The notes under the pieces: generated by a model
What the model saw: the letters and a program-made list of their open reading frames with translations, nothing else
Database searches by the model: none
What the model was told of the DNA's origin: nothing
From: Acipenser ruthenus
Lineage: Eukaryota
Assembly (NCBI RefSeq): GCF_902713425.1
Contig: NC_081212.1
Span: 9,972,261-10,036,260 of the forward strand
DNA length: 64,000 bases
Reading direction: 5' to 3'
Program-made: the position numbers and the translations under genes
Part shown: positions 12,383 through 22,999 of the stretch, piece after piece
How positions within the stretch are numbered: position 1 is the stretch's first letter
Layout of the letters: the number at the start of each line of letters is the position of its first letter

Positions 12383-14650
12383 ATGGCAAGTACTTCCAAT
12401 GTCTTTCTTGGCATTAAATACATCAAAGCTTGCTGTGAACCATTTGCAAAGCATTGTGGAGAGCGCCACACTAAAGGTCGCACCTTAACAAAGAAGCAGA
12501 TCAAGGACCACCAGAAGCTGAACGTTGTGTATGGCCAGAAGTTCTGTTACCCTTGTATGAAGTTGCTAGCCCATCATCCTCCTGACCAAGACCAAACATC
12601 ACCTTCAACACAAAGTGACCACAAGGTGTCTAGTTCAGAGAATCCAGCCCTCATGCTGTTCAAGACAAACAACCTGAAAGCAATGACATTTTCAAAGCTG
12701 AAAAGGAACATGAGATTTCACAAATAAACAAGGCCTTGGAGGCAATGCAAGAATCTCCACTGAAGAGAAGGAAACTGTCATAAAAGGTAAATGCAGTTCA
12801 GAAAGTAAAGAAGGTCGGAGAAGCAATGAAGAGAAAGCTAAGAAAGGTTTTCCCACAAACAGAAATGGAAGACCGTGAAACAATCAAGGAGCAGGCTCAG
12901 GCATCGATGATGGCCCAGTTGAAGGAAAAATGTAATTCAAATATCAGACGAAGTCAGTAAGTTCATATTTTGACAGCTGCCTCAATGTCTTGGTCTATAC
13001 GGAGGACTGCTGCTGAGTTTGGTGCTACCTCCCACATGTCCAGGACAGCCGAGGCTTTACAGGAAGAGAAGAGATGCCTATCGGATTCAAATCCAAACAT
13101 TGGGGGGAGAACACTCACAGAGGAGCTTGCTCAAATGGTAAAATTGTTCTACAACAGGGAAGATGTTAGTCGACTCATGGCTGGAGAGAACTATTTTGTT
13201 TCTGTTTACAATAAAGAGTCGGGAAGGAGGAAGCACCAACACAAACGGCTTGTTCTATGCTATCTTTCAGAGGCCTGTCGTTTCTTCAGATTACAGCATC
13301 CTGACATTAAGATCGGCTTCTCCAAATCTGCAGAGCTGAAACCAAAGGAGAGTGTATTGGCAGGCAGTAGCGGTACACATTTTGTGTGTGTCTGCACAGC
13401 ACACCAGAATGTAAAGCTGATGTTCATTTGTTCTTCCACAAGTGAGTGCCAGTACAGAAGTGCCTTTGATTCACTATCAACATTTCTTACCTTATCTCAG
13501 GAGTTCCCCACCTAACGTCGATTGCCACTTAGGAAAGTATGAAAATTGTCCATTATTCACGAGTCATCTACAAATGCTCTTTCAAGATAGCCTGGTGGAC
13601 TCAGTAGAGTATCGGAAGTGGGCTACAACTGACAGATCCACCCTTCAGACAATCAATGAACCTGTTGATCAGTTCATAGAGACTTTCAAAAGCCATCTGC
13701 AACGTCTTCGTCGACATGATCTCATAGTAAAGATGCAGATTGCATATTATCAACAGCTGAGGGATGAACTCCTTCAAGAAAATGAATTCCTCGTTGTTGG
13801 TGATTTTGCAGAAAACTTGACTTTCGTCATGCAAGATGAAGCACAATCACACCATTGGCACAACTCTAAGGCAACCATACATTATTTTGTTTGCTATTGG
13901 CAAGACAAAGATGAGAATTCTCAGCACATCTCATATGTTGCAGTATCAGAATGCAAGACTCATGACACAGCCTTTGTTTATCTTTTTCAAAAGCATATTT
14001 TGAGGTTCTTGGAGAACTAATTTAGGCGCTCAAGAAAAATCTATTAATTCTCTGACGGGTGTGCAGGACAATATAAAAACTGTAAAAATGTCCTCAACAT
14101 TTGGCAGCACTTGGAAGATTTTGGCGTGGAAGCAGAGTGGAACTTCTTTGCAACACCTCATGGCAAAGCACCCAGTGATGGTGTAGGAGGAACCATTAAA
14201 CGAATGGCAACAAAAGCCAGTTTGCAGCGTCCATACCATGACCAGATCCAGACTCCACACCAATTGTATAGGTTTGAAAAAGACAACATTCCTGCTCTTG
14301 AAGTAGAATACTTCACGATAGCACAATGGCAAACGGAGCAAGATTTTCTGAAGCAAAGATTCCTCAAGGTAAGAACCATGCCTGGCACACGGCATCTCTA
14401 CTTGCATGAGAGTTCTCCCAGTCAACAAAGCAAAGAGAAAAATCAATCACAGTCAAAGAGGTTGTCCTACCATTTGACCAAGTGAAAGAATATGTTACTG
14501 TTCAGTATGACAGTCACTGGTGGCTCGGGCTGGTGGTGTCTGCTGATCAGAAGAAACAGGAGGCTGAAATTAACTTCCTGCACCCGAATGGACCAGCACA
14601 ATCTTTCTGTTTCTCACATCGTCCAGATCAATTTATTGTAGACACAGGGA
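12383..14650 (+). pseudogene. Frameshifted transposase-like ORF of an unclassified DNA-transposon family (N-terminal Cys-rich region, CxC motif, DFAEN / SDGCAGQYKN / HGKAPSDGVGG motifs, C-terminal YDSHWWLG...FLHPNGP domain)
   Basis: Four successive + strand ORFs in shifting frames (12383-12727, 12970-13515, 13442-14020, 14111-14485) are collinear and read as one roughly 700-aa protein. Candidate splice signals are a donor at about 14368 (AAG|GTAAGAACC) and an acceptor at about 14877. The ORF lies inside the inverted-repeat-bounded element. Confidence 0.55.
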
Positions 14651-15090
14651 TGTGCTGACATCAGTGGAGCCAACAATTGTAACAGGAAGGACATACACCC
14701 TGAGAGACAAGGAGATGCCAAAGCATCAAAAGCCTTGACAGAGTGGCAACGAAGGAAAAGGGCAACTTAAGCATAGGTGAGTGGTAAACTGTGTTGCTTG
14801 CAGAATTATAAGGACAGAGACCTGAAAATGAAATATCTACATTTCCACCACTTCTAACAATACATTTTCTTTTCCAGGCTCAGTGATTCATTGGATTTGA
14901 ATAGTGGTAATTACAGCTCCTGGAGAAGCATCACTTAAAATACCAAACATGTGCTGACAGATGTACCACTGGTGGGGACAAAATTAAACGTGCACAATTC
15001 AGAATTGATTTATATTTAATTCACCTTTATTTGTTTGTTTCAGCCAATTGTGTAAATAGGGAACCTTGGTTAATTTGTTAATATATTAAT

Positions 15091-15592
15091 AGCTGTTACA
15101 GAAGCACCAGTTCACTGCAGCTTCAATTTAACAGGAGAGGAGAGTATACTCGATTGCAAATAAATATATTTGTTTAATTGTATAGGTGTGTAATCGCTTC
15201 ACTTAGAAGATTCACCTGACACTCTGCATTCAACTCTGTGCTGTGTATCAACCAATGGCAGGCACAAAATGAAACTTGCAGGAAATGTAGATAAGGGTCT
15301 AGGCTACAATCTATCAAAAACTGACAAAAAACCACAGTTACACGATTTGACCTGGGTGAGGTCAAAGGTCACACAACTTTTTTTTTTTTATCTTGTATTT
15401 CACATCAATTGAATGGATAGTCCTATTTGGGAGCTTTAAAACGACACCAACATCAGCTTTCTATGTCAATTCTGGAGGAAGTCATGACCATGTAAAGGTA
15501 GGGTGGGTGGTCCAAATCAGGTCAAGCTTTGATGACCTGTATCTCATGAATGGGAGGTCACTCAGGATTACAATTCACAGTGTAACCATGTG
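15091..15592 (-). repeat. Right arm of long inverted repeat (partner of 7786-8275)
   Basis: Reverse complement aligns to 7786-8275 with a few indels. Confidence 0.8.
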
Positions 15593-15599
15593 CAAAAGT

Positions 15600-15900
15600 T
15601 TACCACAATCAGAGGAGGTCAAGTGAAAAACGGCATATGGAATGACCCTTTCTTTACAGTGCTAGGCAGGTCATTCCATAATTTAGGGGCTTTATTGTTG
15701 TGTTTTTTTCTGAGTTTTGGGAATATGAAGTAACTCTGCATCCTGTGAACGGAGTGAGTGTCTAGGAACATATGGGGTTAAAAGATAATTTAATAAGATG
15801 GGGCAAGGCCATTTAAAGCCTTGTAGGCCTTCAAATCTAAACTGGACAGGAAGCCAGTGCAAAGATGCTAACACAGGGGTAACGTGTTCTTGTCTCTTAG
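15600..15900 (-). mobile_element. L2-clade LINE C-terminal fragment (minus strand)
   Basis: ORF 15692-15874(-) reads LHWLPVQFRFE...LLTPYVPRHSLRSQDAELLHIPKTQ. Its continuation in another frame reads APKLWNDLPSTV. Both are L2 ORF2 C-terminal motifs. The fragment abuts the right inverted-repeat arm. Confidence 0.6.
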
Positions 15901-16540
15901 GTTAAAAGGTCAAAAGAAGCATTTTTGTACAAGCTGCAGACAAGAAATAACATGACTATACCAGAGAAAAGGGCATTACAGTAATCAGTCCTTGAAGATA
16001 CAAAAGCATGCATCAGTTTCTCAGCATCTGGTCAGGAAAGAATACTTTTCAATTTGGCGATATTTCTTAGATGAAAGAAAGAGATTTTGGTAACATTTCT
16101 AATGTGCGGTTCAAAAAATGATCTGGGTCAAAGATCACTCCTAAGTAGGTCTGTCAAACGATTAAAAAAAATGTATCTTAGTTAACCTTGGTTTTAATCG
16201 CATATTTAATTGATACAATTACAGCATCCATCTCAAACATGGCAAACCAGGGTAAACTGGTCCTCCTATTTGTATGATACATAATAAAGATCAAATGGTT
16301 GATCTTTCTGTTAAAAGACAAACCTTAAATGAGACAGGGAGACTACGTAATGATACCGACTATAAAATCCACTTACTCTTCATTCAAGAACCACTTGGTG
16401 AACTCCAGTGAAGTATGTTGTGTGGTCTTGTACCACGACACAAATGATACATACCGCTATTCCGATACGATGTATCATGTACCTAAAGTATTCATCAATA
16501 CACAATGAATCATTACACCCCTATTCAAAACATAACTTAC

Positions 16541-16727
16541 CTTTAAACCCCTCTTCATCCACAATAATGGTATAGTCCTCCGGTGTTTCTGTCAGAGTGA
16601 AGAATTTACACCTACGAGAACGGGAGAGAGTTTTTACAAAAGCTATCGCTAAGTATTTATCAACTTTCAGCAAAAATGTGGCCCACTCAAGCATTTGTAA
16701 ATACTGATTTACACCAAGAAGATGCAT
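16541..16727 (-). CDS. First coding exon of a CASTOR/GATS-like (cytosolic arginine sensor for mTORC1) family gene; donor AAAG|GTAAGT; phase 1
   Basis: Translation is MHLLGVNQYLQMLEWATFLLKVDKYLAIAFVKTLSRSRRCKFFTLTETPEDYTIIVDEEGFK. This matches the remembered N-terminus of CASTOR1/2 (...RCKFFSLTETPEDYT[LM/II]VDEEGF...) at about 20 of 24 residues in the core. A canonical GTAAGT donor follows immediately on the minus strand. Confidence 0.6.
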
Positions 16728-16730
16728 GAC

Positions 16731-16942
16731 ATTATTATTATTATTATTAATTTCTTAGCAGACACCCTTATCCAGGGCGACTTACAATTGTTACAAGATA
16801 TCACATTATTTTTACATACAATTATCCATTTATACAGTTGGGTTTTTACTGGAACAATCTAGGTAAAGTACCTTGCTCAAAGGTACAGCAGCAGTGTCCA
16901 GTCAAGAGACCAGAGCCCTAACCACTACTCCACACTGCTGCC
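16731..16942 (-). mobile_element. tRNA-derived SINE (family B), minus orientation, with internal deletion of the B-box region
   Basis: Matches 29846-30091. tRNA-like head GGCAGCAGTGTGGAGTAGTGGTTAGGGCTCTGG. Tail TTGTAAGTCGCCCTGGATAAGGGTGTCTGCTAAGAAATTAAT(AAT)n. It sits 4-18 bp upstream of the CASTOR-like ATG. Confidence 0.8.
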
Positions 16943-17186
16943 TAATGTGCTGAAACAACCTAATGTGCTGCTAGGGTGCGATTTTAGAGTTAGTCAGGGA
17001 TAATGTAGCTGCCTCTCCCAGTGTATACCCTGATGGCATTTGAAAGGCAGGAGCACGAAAATAAGGAAGTTATAATCCCACCCACCCAGAACCACCAAAG
17101 CCGTCATTTTGACTGCCTTTTACAATACATGTTTTTATTTTGAATATAACCTACAATAGTCTATTTTATTTTTATATACACGCCTG

Positions 17187-17414
17187 TTGCTATCTCTACT
17201 GGACCTGGCAGCCATCAATTCCTTCGTTTTGTACAAGGAATGCCCCAGGGAAAATATCAGTAGGAGAGATTTCTTCTTGAAGCTAGCCACAGCGCTTCAG
17301 CAGAAACATTTTGATCAGAAAACTGCAAAGCAGCAGGCTGCAGCAGCTCAACCTGGACTCTGTGCTGCACCGAGTGACACAAACGCAAGAGAAAACATGT
17401 TACTTTCGTTTTAA
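17187..17414 (+). mobile_element. piggyBac-like transposase C-terminal fragment
   Basis: ORF reads LLDLAAINSFVLYKE...ISRRDFFLKLATAL, which resembles the conserved piggyBac C-terminal region. Identified from memory only. Confidence 0.35.
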
Positions 17415-18639
17415 GTTTTGTACGTACATATACCTGTTTACAAACTAGTTTCTTTTGAAATGTTTATTTTATTATAGTTTTTCATTTTTTGAAGCACTGC
17501 TTTATATGTGTTTATAAGTTAGAAAATAAACTTATGTTTAATTTAAATACGGCGTTTCGGCTGTGCAGATGTTTGATATGACGTGCTTGAATAAAACTTT
17601 GGAGTTGTATCCAATAGTTTGTCTTTCATTTTAATACTAATGTTGTTTAAAATGTACCATGATAATGACTACCGGCGGTGGGTTTAGGTATGAGTATAAC
17701 CGTGGCGGTTCTAGTGTTAAACTAATTTCATCTAAAGCCAGAATAGCAACAATTAAAAAAAACAAAAAAAAACACTGACTACTGTATCTTCATAGGACAC
17801 AAGCTATGACTAATGTTCATAACATATACTGTATGATTTTTCACACCCTGATTACAAAGCGAAATCTGTGCCATTAACAAATACAAAATGAACAGGACTG
17901 TATAATAGTTTGACTCAGAGTAGTGAACCGTTATAGTTGGTCGTGTACAAGTACGGTATCAGTAGTATAAATACATATTTACATTAATAAGGACACTGCA
18001 GATCGTTTCAGATTTTTGCTGGATTAATCATCTCCTGTACGCTTAAAAAGGGTGCGAGTTCTGTGGGGTATTTATACTTCCAAGAACTTTTTACACAGCC
18101 TGCTACATTGATTTTAGTAAAATAATTATAACTCCTCCCGTTTGAACAACCTTGTGTGAACAGTCAGTTAACATCAGAGCATAACTCCAAACCACGTGCA
18201 GTTTAGCAGCGCTCTGACAAAACGCATGATTGTCTTTGAAGCCTCTTTAAATCTAGAGTTCCCTGCTTTTTTGTTTAATGCATTTTCTGCTTTCTTTCGC
18301 CACCTGGTGGAAAGACTGTGCAGTGCAGAAGGGTTAACTATTGGCTCATTCTAGCTCAAGTCTATGGAATTGTTGAAATAAACCATGGGCACTGATTCCA
18401 GGGAGAAATCTAGGTCTTTCAAGTGGCCCCTACCCTAGGTTAAAATTCAGCTGTGTTTCAAAATGTACTATAATGCCCAAACAAACTGGACTTAAAGTAA
18501 GGAAGGGCTTGAAACCTGATACAGTCTCCTTATGAATCAAATATGCTTTAACAAATCATGTACTTCTCTATGCTAATAAACCGTGTTGTTGTATTGCTAT
18601 TGGAGGGCACCCCATTGTGATTGAACCATTCATTTATAT

Positions 18640-19021
18640 AGGAGGTTGGTCAGCGATATTCTGTTTAATTTAGTCAGCCGTAGTGGGAGCACAGTGACAA
18701 AGAGTACAAATCCCTACTCCCTGATAGTGGCCCGCTCTGCACTCTGAGGGTAAGGTTTAGGAAGAAAGGAGTGGTTGCGTTTTGTGTTCGGGCTTCACAA
18801 CTGAGGAACTCTGCCCATCATGTCGGAGGTTAGCCCACAGTGGCTACTTTTAAATCAAGTCTTAAGGCTTACGTCATGGTTATTTTAACTGTTTTATTAT
18901 TATTATTTTCATTTTATGAGTATTTTTGTCCTCTGTTAGTGTTTTTATAATATCTGCCTGTTTTATTTTAACTTGTGTGAAGTGCCTTGAACCTCGCGGC
19001 ATGAAAGGCACTCTATAAACA

Positions 19022-19069
<48 letters not shown>

Positions 19070-19075
19070 GAATAA
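18640..19075 (+). mobile_element. LINE/SINE 3' UTR-type repeat with GCGC-stem tail and (ATT)n
   Basis: Ends GTGAAGTGCCTTGAACCTCGCGGCATGAAAGGCACTCTATAAACACATT(ATT)n. Related tails occur at 7465-7520(-), 35560-35725, 41880-41960 and 63770-63850. Confidence 0.4.
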
Positions 19076-20685
19076 TAAGAATAATAAGAACAATAAGAAT
19101 AATAAACTATAAACCTGACTTGTGGCGTAAATCCTTGTAGCATAGTCAGCATTCCATTAATAAACCCCAACTGTTTTGACACACATAACTAGCGTGTTTA
19201 TCAAAACACAGGCCCCTTTTTAAAACAAGCAAACAAATGACATGCATTCTGTATTTAAATATTCTTCGCGTTTCCAAAAATGAACACTGGGGGCCGGTAT
19301 TTCAAAGCCCCGCCCCCTCATAAAACACATTAAGCAGCATTTTTATTGCATATCAGCAACACAGAGAACGAAGTTATTAATTATTCGCACTGTTGACACT
19401 GTATCCGGTAACTTGTGACAAATTCGACTTTAGTAACTCTATTTGCAAATCACTTGGTTCGCATTTATAATCGCTGCATTTTTCATGTTTTTCACTGTTC
19501 TGCTTACCTTGTTTTGGAGGGCAGGAAGGCGAGTTTGATTAATCCGTGTGTGAAAAACTGGATCCCTTCTTTTGCTATGCTAGCTACTTTTAAACTGTGC
19601 TCTAAAATATGCAGCTCCATCTTTTACGTCTTCTCATTTGCATATATCTAAAATCCTGGATATCAATTTTTTATGTATTTATATTATATTTGTATTTATA
19701 TCGCTAAAATAAAGCTTTGAAAAGCTAGTGACTGTAGTGAAAAAAAGTTCTCGGTTAAGGGAGAAACGGAAACAGCAGTAACACAAGTGGAGAAAAAGAA
19801 AAAGCGGAGTTAGGAAAATAGCAAAGAAAAAAGAGAAAGAGAGAGAGAAAGTCCCCGTGTTTTCTCTGCTGAGAGGAGTTGGAATAGTCCAGCAGCTGGG
19901 TACAGTGTACAAACAACATGTCATTCAAACCAAGGGAGGGCGGTCCAAGTATGGTCTCATACACGGATGCATGATGGGACTTGTAGTTTTTTTAAAAAAA
20001 ATCCCTATATATCCTACATGTAGTTTAACAACAATCTGTTACAATCGTGTTTTAGGTGATGGTGAACAATACAAAAGTACACTTACCTGTAATTTCTTGA
20101 TGTTTGTTACAGCCAAAAACAAATATTATATTCTCTTACATTGTACTTACAGTAAAGGGGTTGTAGCTAACAAAATAATTCCCTAAATCTTACCTGTTGT
20201 CACTTCCATTCGTTACAGGCCTCAATTGTACAGTTTTGAAAGACACCCATGTTATAGTAACCATGTGTTGTTATTTAAAATGTGATAGCTGGTGCTATAC
20301 TAGGTTCAATACATACTTCTGCAAGCTATTCTTTCAAATGGTGTTGTGCTTCCTTGGTAATTTCCCCAATCATTGAATTGCTTCTTTCCTGTCAGTAACC
20401 CACCAGACATAAAGCAATTAAGAACTTTCTTTAACCTAATGTATCAAATATCATGTTTTAAAATGAAAATACATGTTTGTTATACTGATAATCGGGATTG
20501 CTGCTTAAATGGGAATACAGCTCTGGGAGACGGTTCTCTCCAATGCTATTTATGTCGTTTAATTGAGACGTCACTTCGTTTAATTGGGATACAGTATTTT
20601 CAAATGATGAATGGAGATTGCTTTTCAGAGCAGTACAGTGAGTCTGTGATTACGCTGTGACTTGTGTAATTGTGTAACGCCTGTC

Positions 20686-20800
20686 ATCATGGCTGAGAAG
20701 AGAAAACGAGTTGATTTGTCTCTGGCTCAGAAGTTTGAACTGCTGAAAGAACTGGAGTCTCCTGTGGTTTCTCAGGCTGCTGTGGCAAAGAAATTATGAC
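20686..20800 (+). mobile_element. pogo/Tigger-like transposase N-terminal (CENP-B-type HTH) fragment
   Basis: MAEKRKRVDLSLAQKFELLKELESPVVSQAAVAKKL then a stop. This is a typical pogo/Tigger N-terminus. Confidence 0.4.
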
Positions 20801-21038
20801 ATTGAAATTGCTGGCGAACTTACCAGTGCTGAGCTTTTGGAGGCTGCAAATGACAGCAAGCATGTCAAAGTTAAAACGGCAGGGTGAGATTCTGATTCTG
20901 ATGATGACAGTGCACCGTCACCTCTCACCTTAGCCCAGAAGTTGCAAACGGTGGACCATCTTAGACAAATCATGCAGAACATTGAATGCATGCTGTGTTG
21001 CCCCTTCTGAGGATGGGGGAAGACAAAGTTCATAAGAA

Positions 21039-21215
21039 CATAAGAAAGGTTACAAACAAGAGGAGGCAATTTGGCCCATCTTGCTCGTTTGGTTGTTAGT
21101 ACCTTATTGATCCCAGAATCTCATCTCAAGTAGCTTCTTGAAGGATCCCAGGGGGTCAGCTTCAACAACATTACTGGGGAATTGGTTCCAGACTCCCACA
21201 ATTCTCCGAAGCAGC
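21039..21215 (-). mobile_element. CR1-like LINE 3' tail fragment
   Basis: GAGGAGGCAATTTGGCCCATCTTGCTCGTTTGGTTGTTAGTACCTTATTGATCCCAGAATCTCATC... matches the other CR1 tails. Confidence 0.7.
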
Positions 21216-21669
21216 TCAGTCACGGAAACAGCGCACAACTTACTCTTATTTCAAATGATGCATTTAACATTTCCAGGTACTGCAGTACTGTTTATTTTCA
21301 TGAGAAATAACAAAATACTTCTCCTCTCTTGTGCATGTTGTAAATGATGAATATAAGTGTGACTAGGGTCCTTTTAAATTCTCCTCTCAGTTAATTGGGA
21401 CAGCCGGTTATTCAGGATATTTTTCCTTCTGTCGAGGTGTCCCTATTAAGCAGTGCTGACTGTAATACGTTTATTTCATAACTGCACACTGGAAACATAG
21501 GTGCTAATGGAAGACCAACACACGTTACATTCAATTATTTGAATAAATTTACACTTTTAGATATTTAACAGAGTTCCAGAGGGTGCAAATATCTTTAGGG
21601 AATGTAAACAAACTAGATAACTAACAAGGTGAAGATTGTGCAGAAGAACAAAGCACAGGAGGGTGAACA

Positions 21670-22130
21670 ATGTAGGCACCTTCAGCAGCTTCTCGTCGTG
21701 TTCTATTCCCCTCTATATGGTGTTTGCAATCATTCTGAATGGTTCTGGGTTTTGTTGTCCAATGTAGACACCTTCAGCAGCTTCTCGTCGTGTTCTATTC
21801 CCCTCTATATGGTGTTTGCCATCATTCTGAATGGTTCTGGGTTTTGCTGTCCAATGTAGGCACCTTCAGCAGCTTCTCGTCGTGTTCTATTCCCCTCTAT
21901 ATGGTGTTTGCCATCATTCTGAATGGTTCTGGGTTTTGCTGTCCAATGTAGACACCTTCAGCAGCTTCTCGTCGTGTTCTATTCCCCTCTATATGGTGTT
22001 TGCAATCATTCTGAATGGTTCTGGGTTTTGCTGTCCAATGTAGGCAACTTCAGCAGCTTCTCGTCGTGTTCTATTCCCCTCTATATGGTGTTTGCAATCA
22101 TTCTCAATGGTTCTGGGTTTTGCTGTCCAA
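21670..22130. repeat. 92-bp minisatellite, about 5 copies
   Basis: The unit GTAGGCACCTTCAGCAGCTTCTCGTCGTGTTCTATTCCCCTCTATATGGTGTTTGC[C/A]ATCATTCTGAATGGTTCTGGGTTTTGCTGTCCAAT is repeated. The overlapping ORFs 21629-22239 are artefacts of the repeat. Confidence 0.95.
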
Positions 22131-22343
22131 TACTGAGCTCTTATCATTTCATCTTCAAATCCACTTGAACCTGCTTTGCGCTTCTCTGGAGAAGAGCTGG
22201 CACTTAACAGCCTTCCTTCCAAATCACCTGACACTATGAACTTTCAACTTCGGAGCCCCTCTTACTCTGCATGTATAGAGAACAATAAGAACATACTAGC
22301 ATTTCTTTATTTTTACTATTTTTTTCTTTTCTTTCTTTTTTTT

Positions 22344-22822
22344 AAATGTAGTCGTTGCCAATTTTTACCCCAGTTTTCTCCCCAATTTGGAATCGCCAAT
22401 TGGGTTATTATTAATCCCGGTTGACCACTGCAACCCCCGGCGACTTGGGAAATGAAGGCTGAAACACGTGTTCCCCGAAACTTCTTTCTGCCAAGCTGTC
22501 ATTTTTCGCACTGCAGATCCACAGCGAAGCCAGCAGACCCATAGTGCCGGAGGACAACACAGATCTGAATGGCTCCAGTGCAGACCTGCAGGCACCCTAT
22601 CAGCCACAGGGGTCGCTGCTGTGCAGTGAACTGTGGATTGCCCTGCCGATCTAAGGCCTCCCTACCCAGGCGGTGCTCGGCCAATTGTGCGCCGCCCACT
22701 GGGAACCCCCAGTCATGGTCGGCAATGGCATAGCCTGGATTCGAATTTGTGATCTCCAGGCTATAAGGCGCATCCTGCACTCCACACGGAGCTTCTTTAC
22801 TGGATGCACCACTCGGGAGCCT
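22344..22822 (-). mobile_element. tRNA-derived SINE (family C, about 480 bp), minus orientation
   Basis: Reverse complement matches 51284-51762 and 58957-59455 (head GGGGGCTCCCGAGTGGCGCA...GTTCGAGTCCAGGC; tail ...ATTGGCAACGACTAAATT). Confidence 0.8.
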
Positions 22823-22999
22823 TGCATGCCTTTTCATCTTGTCTGTCACTATCTTCTTTTCTTTTGGAATTGGATTACTGTTTGAATGTACCTGAAGTTT
22901 ATAGATAAGCTTCAAGTTCATGTTTGTGGACATTGTTTTTCACTTTGATAGAAGCCGTGATCTGGATTATAGAGCCGGTGTAGTGTTAGAAAGTGTTAC

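Noticed and set aside
8009-15365. Two ORFs (8009-8200 + and 15174-15365 -) encoding nearly the same 63-aa peptide, suggesting a duplicated small gene
   Set aside because: They lie in the two arms of a long inverted repeat. The peptide similarity is a by-product of DNA identity.
21629-22239. Series of overlapping + strand ORFs (MVLGFAVQCRHLQQLL...) that look like a multi-copy gene
   Set aside because: They are the same 92-bp tandem repeat read in shifting frames. There is no start or splice context and no protein similarity.
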